A stretch of DNA of 64,000 bases from an uncultured Clostridia bacterium (GTDB lineage Bacteria; Bacillota; Clostridia; Oscillospirales; Acutalibacteraceae). The notes beneath the pieces are model-generated. The model made no database searches. It worked only from the letters and a program-made list of their open reading frames with translations, and was not told the DNA's origin. The translations under genes and the position numbers were made by a program. Positions 8,279-17,817 of the stretch are shown one piece after another. Positions within the stretch are counted from its first letter, which is position 1. Every line of letters starts with the position of its first letter. The stretch covers positions 8,757-72,756 of the forward strand of contig CAMCPL010000008.1 of the NCBI GenBank assembly GCA_945876745.1, given 5' to 3'.

Positions 8279-9121
8279 ATGAAAAAGGTATTATCGGTTC
8301 TATTGTCGGCAGTAATGTTGCTTTCGCTTGTCGCTTGCTCGGCAGGAGCACAAAAAACGCCGACCCCTGAAAATCCGACTATCAGATTATCAACAACAAC
8401 CTCGGTAAACGACTCAGGCTTATTGCCGTATCTTCTGCCGTATTTTGAAGAAGAAACAGGTTATAAGGTAGAGGTACAGTCAGCAGGTACCGGAGCAGCG
8501 CTTCAAAAGGCGAAAGATGGAAATGCAGATTTAGTGCTTGTTCACGCAAAGGCTTCCGAGGAAGAATTTATCGGCGAGGGCTACGGCGTTGAAAGACTGC
8601 CGTTTATGTATAACTTCTTCGTTATTGTAGGACCTGCCGACGACCCTGCGCAAATCAAGTCGAGCGCAAATGCAAACGAGGCTTTTTCAAAAATCGCACA
8701 GTCGCAGAGCAATTTTGTATCCCGCGGTGACGACAGCGGAACTCACAAGGCAGAGCTTAAGATTTGGGGCAAGGACAATGCGCCTAACGCCGAAACGGAT
8801 AAATGGTATATCAGCGCAGGTCAGGGAATGGGCGCCTGCCTTACAATGGCGTCCGAAAAGAACGCATATTGCCTTACCGACAAGGCTACGTTCCTTTCTA
8901 TGAAGAACGATTTGAAGAGTGAAATTCTTGTCAGCGAGAGCGACGATTTGAAGAATACATATTCGTTAATCGCCGTTAATCCCGAAAAAATCGACGGCTT
9001 GAATGTTGACGGAGCAAACGCTTTAATCAGCTGGATGACAGGCGACGAGGCTAAAAAGCTTATCGCACAGTACGGCGAGCAGGAATACGGCGAAGCGTTG
9101 TTCTACCTTATTGAGGACTGA
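8279..9121 (+). CDS. tupA: Tungstate ABC transporter substrate-binding lipoprotein
   Basis: Lipobox LVAC; TTTS..DSGLL tungstate-binding motif; GTG.AL; SRGD.SGTH. Confidence 0.9.
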   Translation: MKKVLSVLLSAVMLLSLVACSAGAQKTPTPENPTIRLSTTTSVNDSGLLPYLLPYFEEETGYKVEVQSAGTGAALQKAKDGNADLVLVHAKASEEEFIGEGYGVERLPFMYNFFVIVGPADDPAQIKSSANANEAFSKIAQSQSNFVSRGDDSGTHKAELKIWGKDNAPNAETDKWYISAGQGMGACLTMASEKNAYCLTDKATFLSMKNDLKSEILVSESDDLKNTYSLIAVNPEKIDGLNVDGANALISWMTGDEAKKLIAQYGEQEYGEALFYLIED

Positions 9122-9123
9122 TT

Positions 9124-9807
9124 TTGAACAGCTTTCAACAGGCGTTCGAGCTGCTTGCTTCCTTTGATAAGGAGCTTTATCAGATTATCGCAACAACGCT
9201 GAAAATGTCGTTTTTCAGCACATTGATTTCGTGTCTTTTGGGTATTCCCTTGGGCGCCTTGCTTGAAAGCAGGGCGTTTCGGGGTAAGGCATTAATAAAA
9301 AGAATAATTCACACATTGATAGGCTTGCCGCCGGTGGTGGCAGGTCTGCTTGTGTATATGATGTTTACTCATTACGGACCCTTCGGAAAGCTCGGAATAC
9401 TGTTCACCGTTAAGGTTATGGTAGTGGCGCAGGTGGTTTTGATAACACCGCTTGTTATTTCGCTTACCTCGTCGATAGTGTCGGGCAATTCAAAACAGAT
9501 AAAAGAAACGGCAATGGGACTTAATCTTTCAAAGGCGAAAATTCTGTCGCTTTATGTCAGCGAAAACAAGAACGCAATTGTCAGCGTGGTTTTGACGGCG
9601 TTCGGCAGAGCTATTGCAGAGGTCGGCGCAGTAAGTCTCGTAGGCGGTAATATTCAGTTCAAAACGAGAGTTATGACGACTGCGATTTTGCTCGAAACAA
9701 ATAAGGGCAATTTCTCCTTTGCCTTGGCGCTGGGAATAATATTGCTGATTATCGCTTTTGTTGTAAACTCGGTTGCCTCCTTGGCGGAAAGGAGAAGCGA
9801 TGATTAA
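9124..9807 (+). CDS. tupB: Tungstate ABC transporter permease
   Basis: GLPPVVAGL; FGRAIAEVGA...GGNI...TRVMTTAI. Confidence 0.9.
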   Translation: MNSFQQAFELLASFDKELYQIIATTLKMSFFSTLISCLLGIPLGALLESRAFRGKALIKRIIHTLIGLPPVVAGLLVYMMFTHYGPFGKLGILFTVKVMVVAQVVLITPLVISLTSSIVSGNSKQIKETAMGLNLSKAKILSLYVSENKNAIVSVVLTAFGRAIAEVGAVSLVGGNIQFKTRVMTTAILLETNKGNFSFALALGIILLIIAFVVNSVASLAERRSDD

Positions 9808-10462
9808 TATCGTAAGCCTGAAAAAACGCTACGGCGAAAAATTAGTGCTTGATATAGACGAGCTGACAATAGCGCACGGCGAGAGAGTTGCGCTTGTCGG
9901 TGCAAACGGAAGCGGAAAATCCACCCTGCTAAAACTCATTGCAGGAGTAATTACGCCGAGCGAGGGCGAAATTACTTCGGATTTTCAAAGCCTTTATATG
10001 CCGCAAAGCAGTTATACCTTTGATAAAAGCGTGCTCAAAAATATTATGATTTCGGGCAACGTATCGACGAAAGAAGCGCACGAGCTTCTTTGCCGCTTTG
10101 AGCTCGGCGAGCTTGAAAATAAAAATGCAAAAAATCTTTCGGGCGGCGAGAAGCAAAGAGTTGCGCTTTGCAGACTGCTTGCAGGACATTCAAGGCTCAT
10201 ACTGCTTGATGAGCCGACGAGCGAAATGGATTTACATTCGACAGGTATTGCCGAAAACGCAATACTTGATTACATAAATAAAGAAAAAGCCACCCTCGTT
10301 TTTTCTACTCATTCACCCGTTCAGGCAAAGAGGCTTGCCGACAGAATTATCATTCTCAATAACGGCAGGGTGGCAGAGGACGGCAGTATTAACGAAACGG
10401 TAAACGCTCCAAAAACAAGTTGGGGTGAAGAATTTTTGTCACAATGGATAATAAGACGGTAG
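9800..10462 (+). CDS. tupC: Tungstate ABC transporter ATP-binding protein
   Basis: GANGSGKST Walker A, LSGGE signature, LLDEP Walker B; start revised to ATG 9800 after AAGGAG. Confidence 0.88.
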   Translation: MINIVSLKKRYGEKLVLDIDELTIAHGERVALVGANGSGKSTLLKLIAGVITPSEGEITSDFQSLYMPQSSYTFDKSVLKNIMISGNVSTKEAHELLCRFELGELENKNAKNLSGGEKQRVALCRLLAGHSRLILLDEPTSEMDLHSTGIAENAILDYINKEKATLVFSTHSPVQAKRLADRIIILNNGRVAEDGSINETVNAPKTSWGEEFLSQWIIRR

Positions 10463-10468
10463 GAAATT

Positions 10469-11671
10469 ATGCTTGAGGTTGTATCTTTACAAACGGCAAA
10501 GGAAATAATTAAGCAATACATTTTGCCGAATGACGAAATTGAATATGTATCACTTGAAAATGCCGTCGGCAGAATTTTGGCACAGGACGTTGTCGCAGAT
10601 GAGGACGTTCCGAATTTCAACCGTTCAACCGTTGACGGCTATGCTGTTATTGCCGCAGATACCTACGGTGCAAGCGAGTCGATTCCCGCAATGCTAAATG
10701 TTGTCGGTGAGGTCGAAATGGGCAAAATTGCACAGCTTGATATATCGAACAATCAGTGCGTAAAAATTTCAACAGGCGGTATGCTTCCCGAAGGTGCAAA
10801 CGCCGTTGTTATGCTTGAGCATACGGAAGAGGCGCTTGACGGGCTGTGCCTTTGTCAAAGGGCGGTAAGTCCGTTTGAAAACGTTGTCAGAAAGGGCGAC
10901 GATGTTCGGCGCGGCGATTTCCTTATTAAGTCGTCGAGCGTGCTGACTGCGTCGCAAATCGGAATACTTTGCGCACTCGGAATCGACAGAGTTGCGGTCA
11001 AAAAACGAGTTAAGATAGGTATTATTTCAACAGGTGACGAGCTTGTTGATATTGATAAACCGCTTACCGCAGGTAGGGTTAGGGATATCAATTCTTATCT
11101 GCTCAACGCCTGCTGTGAAAGGCTCGGCTGTGAGAGTGTGATGTACGGAATAATTAAGGACGATTACGCCGAGATTTCGGGCAGTATAAAAAAGGCGTGC
11201 GACGAGTGTGATATTGTGCTGATTTCGGGCGGCTCGTCAGCAGGAGCAAGGGATATGACGGTAAACGCCGTTGACGAGCTTGGAAAAACGTATTTTCACG
11301 GCGTTGCAATGAAGCCCGGAAAGCCGTCGATTTTCGGCGTGGTTGAAAATAAGGCAGTGTTCGGCTTACCAGGTCATCCGCTTGCGGCGTTTTTTGTATT
11401 TGAACAGCTTGTGAAATACGCCGTGTCGGTTATGAACAATGCGCAGTATACGAGCGTTGTGCTTGAAAGAAAAATGATTAGCAATGTTTCGTCAAACAAC
11501 GGCAGAGAGGATTTTGTCTGCGTGAAAATTATTGACAACGAATACGCCTGCTGCGTACCTGCAAAATCGGGAATAATTTCCGTTTTGAACAGCGCCGACG
11601 GCTATATAACAATTCCGAGAAACGCCGAGGGAATCAAGGAGCACGAAAAGGTTAGGATAACATTATTATGA
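10469..11671 (+). CDS. moeA: Molybdopterin metal-insertase MoeA (paralog 1)
   Basis: FNRSTVDGYAV; TGG.LP.GA.AVVM.E; STGDEL; SGGSS.G..D; GLPGHP. Confidence 0.92.
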   Translation: MLEVVSLQTAKEIIKQYILPNDEIEYVSLENAVGRILAQDVVADEDVPNFNRSTVDGYAVIAADTYGASESIPAMLNVVGEVEMGKIAQLDISNNQCVKISTGGMLPEGANAVVMLEHTEEALDGLCLCQRAVSPFENVVRKGDDVRRGDFLIKSSSVLTASQIGILCALGIDRVAVKKRVKIGIISTGDELVDIDKPLTAGRVRDINSYLLNACCERLGCESVMYGIIKDDYAEISGSIKKACDECDIVLISGGSSAGARDMTVNAVDELGKTYFHGVAMKPGKPSIFGVVENKAVFGLPGHPLAAFFVFEQLVKYAVSVMNNAQYTSVVLERKMISNVSSNNGREDFVCVKIIDNEYACCVPAKSGIISVLNSADGYITIPRNAEGIKEHEKVRITLL

Positions 11672-13545
11672 AGCACAGCTATTTGAATAACAAAAGCGTT
11701 GACGAGGCGCAAAGGGAATATTTCGAGCTTACGGACAAAATCGGATTTACCTGCAAGGCTGAAGAAGTGCTTGTAAATCAGGCGTTCGGTCGTGTGACGG
11801 CGTATGCCGTTTATGCAAAAATCAGCTCGCCTCATTACAACGCAAGCGCAATGGACGGAATTTGCGTTACAGCAAGCTCAACATACGGCGCAAGTGAGGA
11901 AAATCCTGTTGTTTTAACAAAGAATATGTATGAAACCGTCGACACGGGCGACGCAATACCCGACGGTTACGACGCCGTTATTATGGTCGAGGACCTTATT
12001 GAAAACGGTAGCGACAGCTTTGTTATTCATTCTGCCGTTCATCCGTGGCAAAACATACGTCAGGTAGGCGAGGATATTTGTCAGGGTGATATGCTTGTCC
12101 CTGCGTTTACAACTCTTACTCCTGCAATGTGCGCTTCGCTCCTTGCCGGCGGCGTTACACGCGTAGGCGTTGTGAAAAAGCCGCTTGTCGGAATTATCCC
12201 GACAGGTGACGAAATTGTAGAGCCGTGCGAAAATCCGAAGTCGGGTGAAATAATAGAATTTAACTCAACGGTTTTTTCCGGTATGCTTTTGGAAAAAGGC
12301 GCCTCGGTAAAGGTTTACGATATCGTAAGGGACGAAAAGCCGCTTCTTAAGACGGCGCTGAAAAAGGCAGCTTCGGAATGTGATTTGGTTCTCATATCGG
12401 CAGGCTCGTCTGCCGGAAGAGACGACTACACAAGCGAAATAATTGAAGAGGCAGGCACGGTTTTAACCCACGGAATAGCAATAAAGCCAGGCAAGCCTGC
12501 AATACTCGGAGCGTGCGGCAACACGCCTGTTATCGGATTGCCCGGCTATCCTGTTTCCGCAATTGTCGTTATGTCGCAATTTGTTTTGCCGCTTGTTGAT
12601 ATGTATTTCAAAAGGGCGGTTGATACAGGCGAATACGTACAGGCAACGCTTGGAAAAAGGATTGTTTCATCACTTAAATATGCTGAGTACGTAAGAGTAA
12701 CGCTCGGCAAAATCGGCGACAGACTTATTGCAACTCCGCTGAACAAGGGAGCAGGAATAATAACGAGCTTTACAAAGGCGGACGCAATACTGTTCATCAA
12801 TCAAAACTGCGAGGGTATAGAACAGGGAACACAGGTCAGGGTCAGACTTCTCAAAAGCATAAATGAAATTGAAAGCTCTCTCGTTGTAACGGGAAGCCAC
12901 GACCCTCTTATAGACGAAATTGCAAATATACTGAAAATGAATGCAACGCCTGTTTTGATAAAATCGAACCACGTCGGCAGTATGGGCGCAATAACTGCGC
13001 TCAAAAGCGGACTTTCGCACCTCGGTGCAATCCATCTGCTTGATACTCAAACAGGCGAGTACAATACATCTTATTTAGAAAAATATTTTGACGGCGAGGT
13101 AACTCTCGTCAAGGGCGTAAAGCGTGTTCAGGGGATTATGGTAAAAAAAGGAAATCCGCTGAATATACGGGGAATTGAGGATTTGAAGCAGGCGAGAATC
13201 GTAAACCGACAGCGCGGATCGGGAACGAGAATACTGCTTGATTATTTGCTTAAAAAGCACTCAATTTTGCCCGGCGAAATATCGGGCTATTCAAACGAGG
13301 AATTTACTCATACTGCCGTTGCGGCTTTGATTAAAGCGGACAATGCGGACGCAGGGCTCGGTATTTATTCCGCGGCGGCAATGTACGGCTTGGATTTCAT
13401 TCCCGTGTGCTGTGAGGAATACGATTTTGTTGTTGACAACAGATTTATTAATGACGAAAAGGTTAAGGCGTTTTTTGACGTGCTTAAATCCGACGAATTT
13501 AATAAGAGAATTAACGAGCTTGGCGGATACGAGGTTAGAGAATAA
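11668..13545 (+). CDS. moeA: MoeA paralog 2 fused to a C-terminal periplasmic-binding-like domain
   Basis: ASAMDG; PTGDE; GLPGYP; C-terminal GSHD..GSMGAI..HL....NRQRGSGTR..EYD domain. Confidence 0.88.
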   Translation: MKHSYLNNKSVDEAQREYFELTDKIGFTCKAEEVLVNQAFGRVTAYAVYAKISSPHYNASAMDGICVTASSTYGASEENPVVLTKNMYETVDTGDAIPDGYDAVIMVEDLIENGSDSFVIHSAVHPWQNIRQVGEDICQGDMLVPAFTTLTPAMCASLLAGGVTRVGVVKKPLVGIIPTGDEIVEPCENPKSGEIIEFNSTVFSGMLLEKGASVKVYDIVRDEKPLLKTALKKAASECDLVLISAGSSAGRDDYTSEIIEEAGTVLTHGIAIKPGKPAILGACGNTPVIGLPGYPVSAIVVMSQFVLPLVDMYFKRAVDTGEYVQATLGKRIVSSLKYAEYVRVTLGKIGDRLIATPLNKGAGIITSFTKADAILFINQNCEGIEQGTQVRVRLLKSINEIESSLVVTGSHDPLIDEIANILKMNATPVLIKSNHVGSMGAITALKSGLSHLGAIHLLDTQTGEYNTSYLEKYFDGEVTLVKGVKRVQGIMVKKGNPLNIRGIEDLKQARIVNRQRGSGTRILLDYLLKKHSILPGEISGYSNEEFTHTAVAALIKADNADAGLGIYSAAAMYGLDFIPVCCEEYDFVVDNRFINDEKVKAFFDVLKSDEFNKRINELGGYEVRE

Positions 13546-14015
13546 TGGAGCTTACACATATAAATTCAAAGGGTGAGGCGGTTATGGTAAACGTTGGCGA
13601 AAAGGAAATCACCCAACGAACGGCGCAGGCGTGCGGTATTATCGAAATGAAGCAGGAAACCCTGCAAAAGCTGCTGGACGCCGACCTGAAAAAGGGCGAC
13701 GGTCTTGCCGCTGCGAGAATTGCGGGAATTATGGGAGCAAAGAATACGAGCACTCTTATTCCGCTTTGCCATAATATTCCGATTGAAAGCGTTGAAATAG
13801 AATTCGAACCGATAAGCAAAACTCGGCTTAAGATTACGTCTTTTGCAAAATGCAGCTATAAAACCGGCATTGAAATGGAGGCGCTGACCGCCGTTTCGGT
13901 TGCCTGTCTTACGGTTTACGATATGTGCAAGGCAATCGACAGAGAAATGGTAATAAAGGATATTCGCCTGCTGAAAAAGACAGGCGGAAAGAGCGATTAT
14001 AATTATGAAGGATAA
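13545..14015 (+). CDS. moaC: Cyclic pyranopterin monophosphate synthase
   Basis: LTH...G.A.MV.V..K; LIPLCH; TGIEMEALT; YDMCKA.D; KTGGKS. Confidence 0.95.
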   Translation: MELTHINSKGEAVMVNVGEKEITQRTAQACGIIEMKQETLQKLLDADLKKGDGLAAARIAGIMGAKNTSTLIPLCHNIPIESVEIEFEPISKTRLKITSFAKCSYKTGIEMEALTAVSVACLTVYDMCKAIDREMVIKDIRLLKKTGGKSDYNYEG

Positions 14016-14943
14016 CTATTTGCGAGAGATAAATTATCTGCGAGTATCGCTCACTCAAAGGTGCACTTTGAACTGTGTTTACTGCGGAAACGACGGTTGT
14101 GAAAATGACGAGCTTACAGGCGAGCAGATAATAAAAATCGTTGCCGCTTTTTCAAAATGCGGTATCACAAAGGTTAGGCTGACAGGCGGCGAGCCGCTTG
14201 TGAGAGAGGATATTTGCGACATTATTGCAGGTATTCGACGACTTGACGGCATCAAAAAAATTGTGCTTACAACTAACGGAGTTTTGCTGAAAAAATACGC
14301 CGGCGATTTGAAGAGCGCGGGACTTGACGCGGTTAATATCAGCCTTGATACTCTTGACGGCGAGCTGTATTCAAAAATGACGGGCGGCGGTAATATTAAT
14401 GATGTGCTTGACGGCATAGAAACGGCGCAGGACGTCGGCTTAAAGCCGATTAGAATAAACGCCGTACCGATAAAGGGAGTTAATGACGACTGCATTTCTT
14501 CGTTAGTCGAGCTTGCAAGAGACAATGAAATAGACGTCAGATTTATCGAGCTTATGCCGTTTTCGTCAGTCGGCGAAAACAAAAGCCGAATTGTCACAGG
14601 CGACGAAATTCTCTCTCGGCTTGATTTTTTGAAGCCCTGCGAGCAAAAATCAAAAAGCTCTCCGGCGCGCTACTATTATGCCGACGGCTTTAAGGGAAAA
14701 ATCGGATTTATCACCCCTGTGAGTAAAAAGTTCTGCGACAGCTGCAACAGAATAAGATTGCTTTCAAACGGAAGCATTAAGCCCTGTCTTGCATTTGACG
14801 ATACCGTCGATTTGAGAGATTGTATTGATGATGAGCAGCGGCTTGTTGAAAAAATAAAGACCGCCGTTTTGTCAAAGCCGAAGGGTCATAATTTTGAATG
14901 TGGCTACGGCGGATTTCACGGTATGAACAAAATAGGAGGATAA
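14005..14943 (+). CDS. moaA: GTP 3',8-cyclase (radical SAM)
   Basis: YLRVSLT.RC...C.YC; RLTGGEPL; RFIELMP; FC..CNRIRL...G.IKPCL; C-terminal IGG. Confidence 0.93.
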   Translation: MKDNYLREINYLRVSLTQRCTLNCVYCGNDGCENDELTGEQIIKIVAAFSKCGITKVRLTGGEPLVREDICDIIAGIRRLDGIKKIVLTTNGVLLKKYAGDLKSAGLDAVNISLDTLDGELYSKMTGGGNINDVLDGIETAQDVGLKPIRINAVPIKGVNDDCISSLVELARDNEIDVRFIELMPFSSVGENKSRIVTGDEILSRLDFLKPCEQKSKSSPARYYYADGFKGKIGFITPVSKKFCDSCNRIRLLSNGSIKPCLAFDDTVDLRDCIDDEQRLVEKIKTAVLSKPKGHNFECGYGGFHGMNKIGG

Positions 14944-14948
14944 CAAAA

Positions 14949-15383
14949 ATGGACGGCACCGTTTTATCAATTAATATCAGCACGGCAAAGGGAACGCCCA
15001 AAACATCAGTAAATCCCGGAGTTCTTATTGAGGATTTCGGCTTTGAGGGCGACGCTCACGCAGGAAAATGGCATAGACAGGTCAGTCTGCTTGCTATCGA
15101 AAGCATAGAAAAATCAAAGGGTATGCCGACAAACGGGCTTTGCCACGGCGTTTTTGCAGAGAATATAACAACAAAGGGCATAGTGCTTTATACTCTGCCT
15201 GTCGGAACACGCCTGCAAATAGGCGAAGCCGTTATTGAAATAACACAAATCGGCAAGGAATGTCACGAGGGCTGTGCAATCCAAAAAACCGTCGGCAAGT
15301 GCATTATGCCTAAAGAGGGCGTTTTCGCAAAAGTAATAAAAGGCGGCAACGTATATAATAACGACCCAATTCAAATCCTGTAA
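14949..15383 (+). CDS. MOSC-domain protein
   Basis: GDAHAG.WHRQVSLL; FAENIT; TQIGKECH..C.I...G.CIMP.EGVF; start revised to ATG 14949 after AGGAGG. Confidence 0.88.
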   Translation: MDGTVLSINISTAKGTPKTSVNPGVLIEDFGFEGDAHAGKWHRQVSLLAIESIEKSKGMPTNGLCHGVFAENITTKGIVLYTLPVGTRLQIGEAVIEITQIGKECHEGCAIQKTVGKCIMPKEGVFAKVIKGGNVYNNDPIQIL

Positions 15384-15490
15384 CCCCTGTGACAAACGGT
15401 TTGTTACACATTCTCACAGGCTTTGCATAGGTTTTTACAGCATCAAAATTTTCAATTATGTAATTCATCATTTTAATTATTCAAACTACC

Positions 15491-15513
15491 GTAAGGACGA
15501 GCAATGCTCGTCC
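15491..15513 (+). repeat. REP-like palindrome
   Basis: GTAA-GGACGAGCA-A-TGCTCGTCC, similar to GTAG-family REPs. Confidence 0.55.
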
Positions 15514-15520
15514 GCATTTT

Positions 15521-15680
15521 TCTTTTATCCCCTCAGTCGGCAAAGCCGCCAGCTCCCCTTAATGACATTAAAAGGGGAGCCTTTGTTGGTTGAAAAAACG
15601 CTCTGTCTTGAACATTGGCTCCCCTTGTTTTGAAAATCAAGGGGAGCTGGCTCGCCACGGCGAGACTGAGGGGATAAAAG
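15521..15680. repeat. 160-bp composite inverted-repeat element (REPIN/MITE-like)
   Basis: Ends TCTTTTATCCC..TCAGTC / GACTGA.GGGATAAAAGA; each arm has an internal hairpin and a GCCAGCTCCCC..GGGGAGCC hairpin. Confidence 0.75.
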
Positions 15681-15700
15681 AATTATAATCGCCCAAACCA

Positions 15701-15738
15701 CTTCGCCGTTAGGCGACATAATTTCGCCGTTAGGCGAA
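15701..15738. repeat. Two tandem TTCGCC-GTTA-GGCGA hairpins
   Basis: Identical 15-mer at 15701 and 15723. Confidence 0.75.
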
Positions 15739-15845
15739 CATCATTAGCCTTTGTCAGTTTACACAGATTTTACATTTATAAGCAAGTGGATTTGATGTGA
15801 ATTTGATATTATAAAAGTGAAATAATATCAAATAGGGAGAGGCTT

Positions 15846-17594
15846 ATGAGTGTATTTGATTTGCTTAATTTAATCGGCGGGCTGAGCCTGTTTTTGTTCG
15901 GTATGAACATAATGGGACAGGCGCTTGAGCGCAGAGCCGGCGGTCGTCTGCGCTCTGTTTTGGGAAAGCTTACAACAGGTAAGCTGACAGGACTTTTGAC
16001 AGGCTTGGGCATTACCGCCGTTATTCAAAGCTCGTCTGCGACAACAGTTATGGTAGTCGGCTTTGTAAATTCCGGATTAATGACCTTGAAGCAGGCGATA
16101 AACGTCATTATGGGTGCAAATATCGGCACAACCGTAACTGCGTGGCTTTTGAGCCTTGCAGGAATTGACAGCTCGAATGTTTTTATCAGTCTTTTGAAGC
16201 CGTCCTCGTTTACACCGGTTCTTGCACTTGTCGGAATAATATTCTATATGTTCTGCAAGGGCTCGAAGAAAAAGGACACGGGAATGATTTTGCTCGGCTT
16301 TGCAACGCTTATGTTCGGTATGGAAGCAATGTCTGGCGCAGTATCGGGGCTTCGAGATGTGCCGGAATTTCAAAACCTCTTTATTATGTTCCAAAACCCG
16401 ATACTCGGCGTAATTGCAGGTACGCTTTTAACCGCCGTTATCCAGTCCAGCTCGGCTTCCGTAGGAATTTTACAGGCGCTCGCCGTAACAGGTCAGGTAA
16501 CCTATGGTGCGGCAATTCCGATAATTATGGGACAGAATATCGGCACCTGTGTTACTGCGATGATTTCGTCGGTTGGCGCAAACAAAAATGCAAAGAGAGC
16601 CGCAATGGTGCATTTGTCGTTCAACATTATCGGCACAGTCGTTTGGTTGAGTGTGTATTCGGTAATCAAGGCGGCGTTCAGCCCTGCGATTATAAACGAA
16701 AGCGCGTCTCTTTTCGGCATTGCCGTTGCTCACAGCGTTTTTAATTTCCTTTGTACCGTGCTTATGCTTCCGCTTTCGAGCTTTCTTGAGAAGCTCGTTA
16801 TCCGTCTTGTGCCTGATTCAAAGGTGCCTCAAAAGCAAACTAATCTCGATGAACGCTTGATGACAACGCCGCCGATTGCACTTGAGCGTTGCAGAGAGGT
16901 TTGCTGCGAAATGGCAAGGCTTTCGGTCGGAGCGCTGAAGGATTCTGTTTCTGCGTTAACTCTTTGTACCGACGAGATTGCCGAGCAGATAATAAAAAAG
17001 GAAAACAAAACCGATGAATACGAGGACGAGCTCGGCTCGTATTTAGTTAAGCTCAGCACGCTTCAAATAAGCGAAAGCGACAGCTTGCAGGCGGCGAAGC
17101 TGCTCAAGCTAATCGGTGACCTTGAAAGAATTTCCGACCACGCAGTAAACATTCTTGAAAGTGCGCAGGAAATGCAAAGCAAGAGTATAAAATTCACGTC
17201 GGGCGGCAAAAAGGAGCTCGACACTCTTTGCAATGCGGTAGAGGAAATTTGCGACCTTGCGCTTGACGCATTTATCAACGACAGCATAACCGCCGCCGCA
17301 AAAATAGAAGCGCTTGAGCAGGTTATCGACACGCTCAAGGAGGAGCTACGCACAAGGCATATTCTGCGACTTCAGCTTGGAAAATGCTCGATAGAGGCAG
17401 GCTTCGTTTGGTCTGATTTGCTTACCGATTTGGAAAGAGTTTCCGACCATTGCTCAAATATCGCAGGCTGTGTTATGGAAATGAATACAACCGATATGAA
17501 TTTCCACGAGCTTTTGCGTGATTACCGTAACGACAGCAGCGACTACCGCCGCCTGTGCAGGGAATACACAAAAAAGTATGCGATAATAAAATAA
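15846..17594 (+). CDS. Na/Pi cotransporter family protein with PhoU-like C-terminal domains
   Basis: QSSSATT..VG; GANIGTT; GQNIGTC repeats; DLERI.DH twice. Confidence 0.92.
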   Translation: MSVFDLLNLIGGLSLFLFGMNIMGQALERRAGGRLRSVLGKLTTGKLTGLLTGLGITAVIQSSSATTVMVVGFVNSGLMTLKQAINVIMGANIGTTVTAWLLSLAGIDSSNVFISLLKPSSFTPVLALVGIIFYMFCKGSKKKDTGMILLGFATLMFGMEAMSGAVSGLRDVPEFQNLFIMFQNPILGVIAGTLLTAVIQSSSASVGILQALAVTGQVTYGAAIPIIMGQNIGTCVTAMISSVGANKNAKRAAMVHLSFNIIGTVVWLSVYSVIKAAFSPAIINESASLFGIAVAHSVFNFLCTVLMLPLSSFLEKLVIRLVPDSKVPQKQTNLDERLMTTPPIALERCREVCCEMARLSVGALKDSVSALTLCTDEIAEQIIKKENKTDEYEDELGSYLVKLSTLQISESDSLQAAKLLKLIGDLERISDHAVNILESAQEMQSKSIKFTSGGKKELDTLCNAVEEICDLALDAFINDSITAAAKIEALEQVIDTLKEELRTRHILRLQLGKCSIEAGFVWSDLLTDLERVSDHCSNIAGCVMEMNTTDMNFHELLRDYRNDSSDYRRLCREYTKKYAIIK

Positions 17595-17601
17595 ATTCGG
17601 C

Positions 17602-17651
17602 AAAGCAGCTCCCAAAGCTACAACAAAATTCAGGGAGCTGCTTTTGCTTTT
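17602..17651 (+). terminator. Intrinsic terminator
   Basis: AAAGCAGCTCCC / GGGAGCTGCTTT plus T-rich tail. Confidence 0.75.
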
Positions 17652-17673
17652 TGGACGGAAAAGATTGTTAATT

Positions 17674-17777
17674 TATATACAATAAAAAATTTGTATATAC
17701 TATTTACAACTGCGTTAAATGGTGTTAAAATATAGAAAGCGGCAAAGGAGTCTTTCATACAAATTGTATGTTGTATG
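17674..17777. promoter_or_regulatory. Two palindromic operator-like sites upstream of dat operon
   Basis: TATATACAA-N8-TTGTATATA (17674-17699); CATACAA-A-TTGTATG plus an extra TTGTATG (17756-17777). Confidence 0.45.
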
Positions 17778-17817
17778 GGATTTTTTGCCGATTTTTGTTT
17801 TTAAGGGGAAAAAAGGA

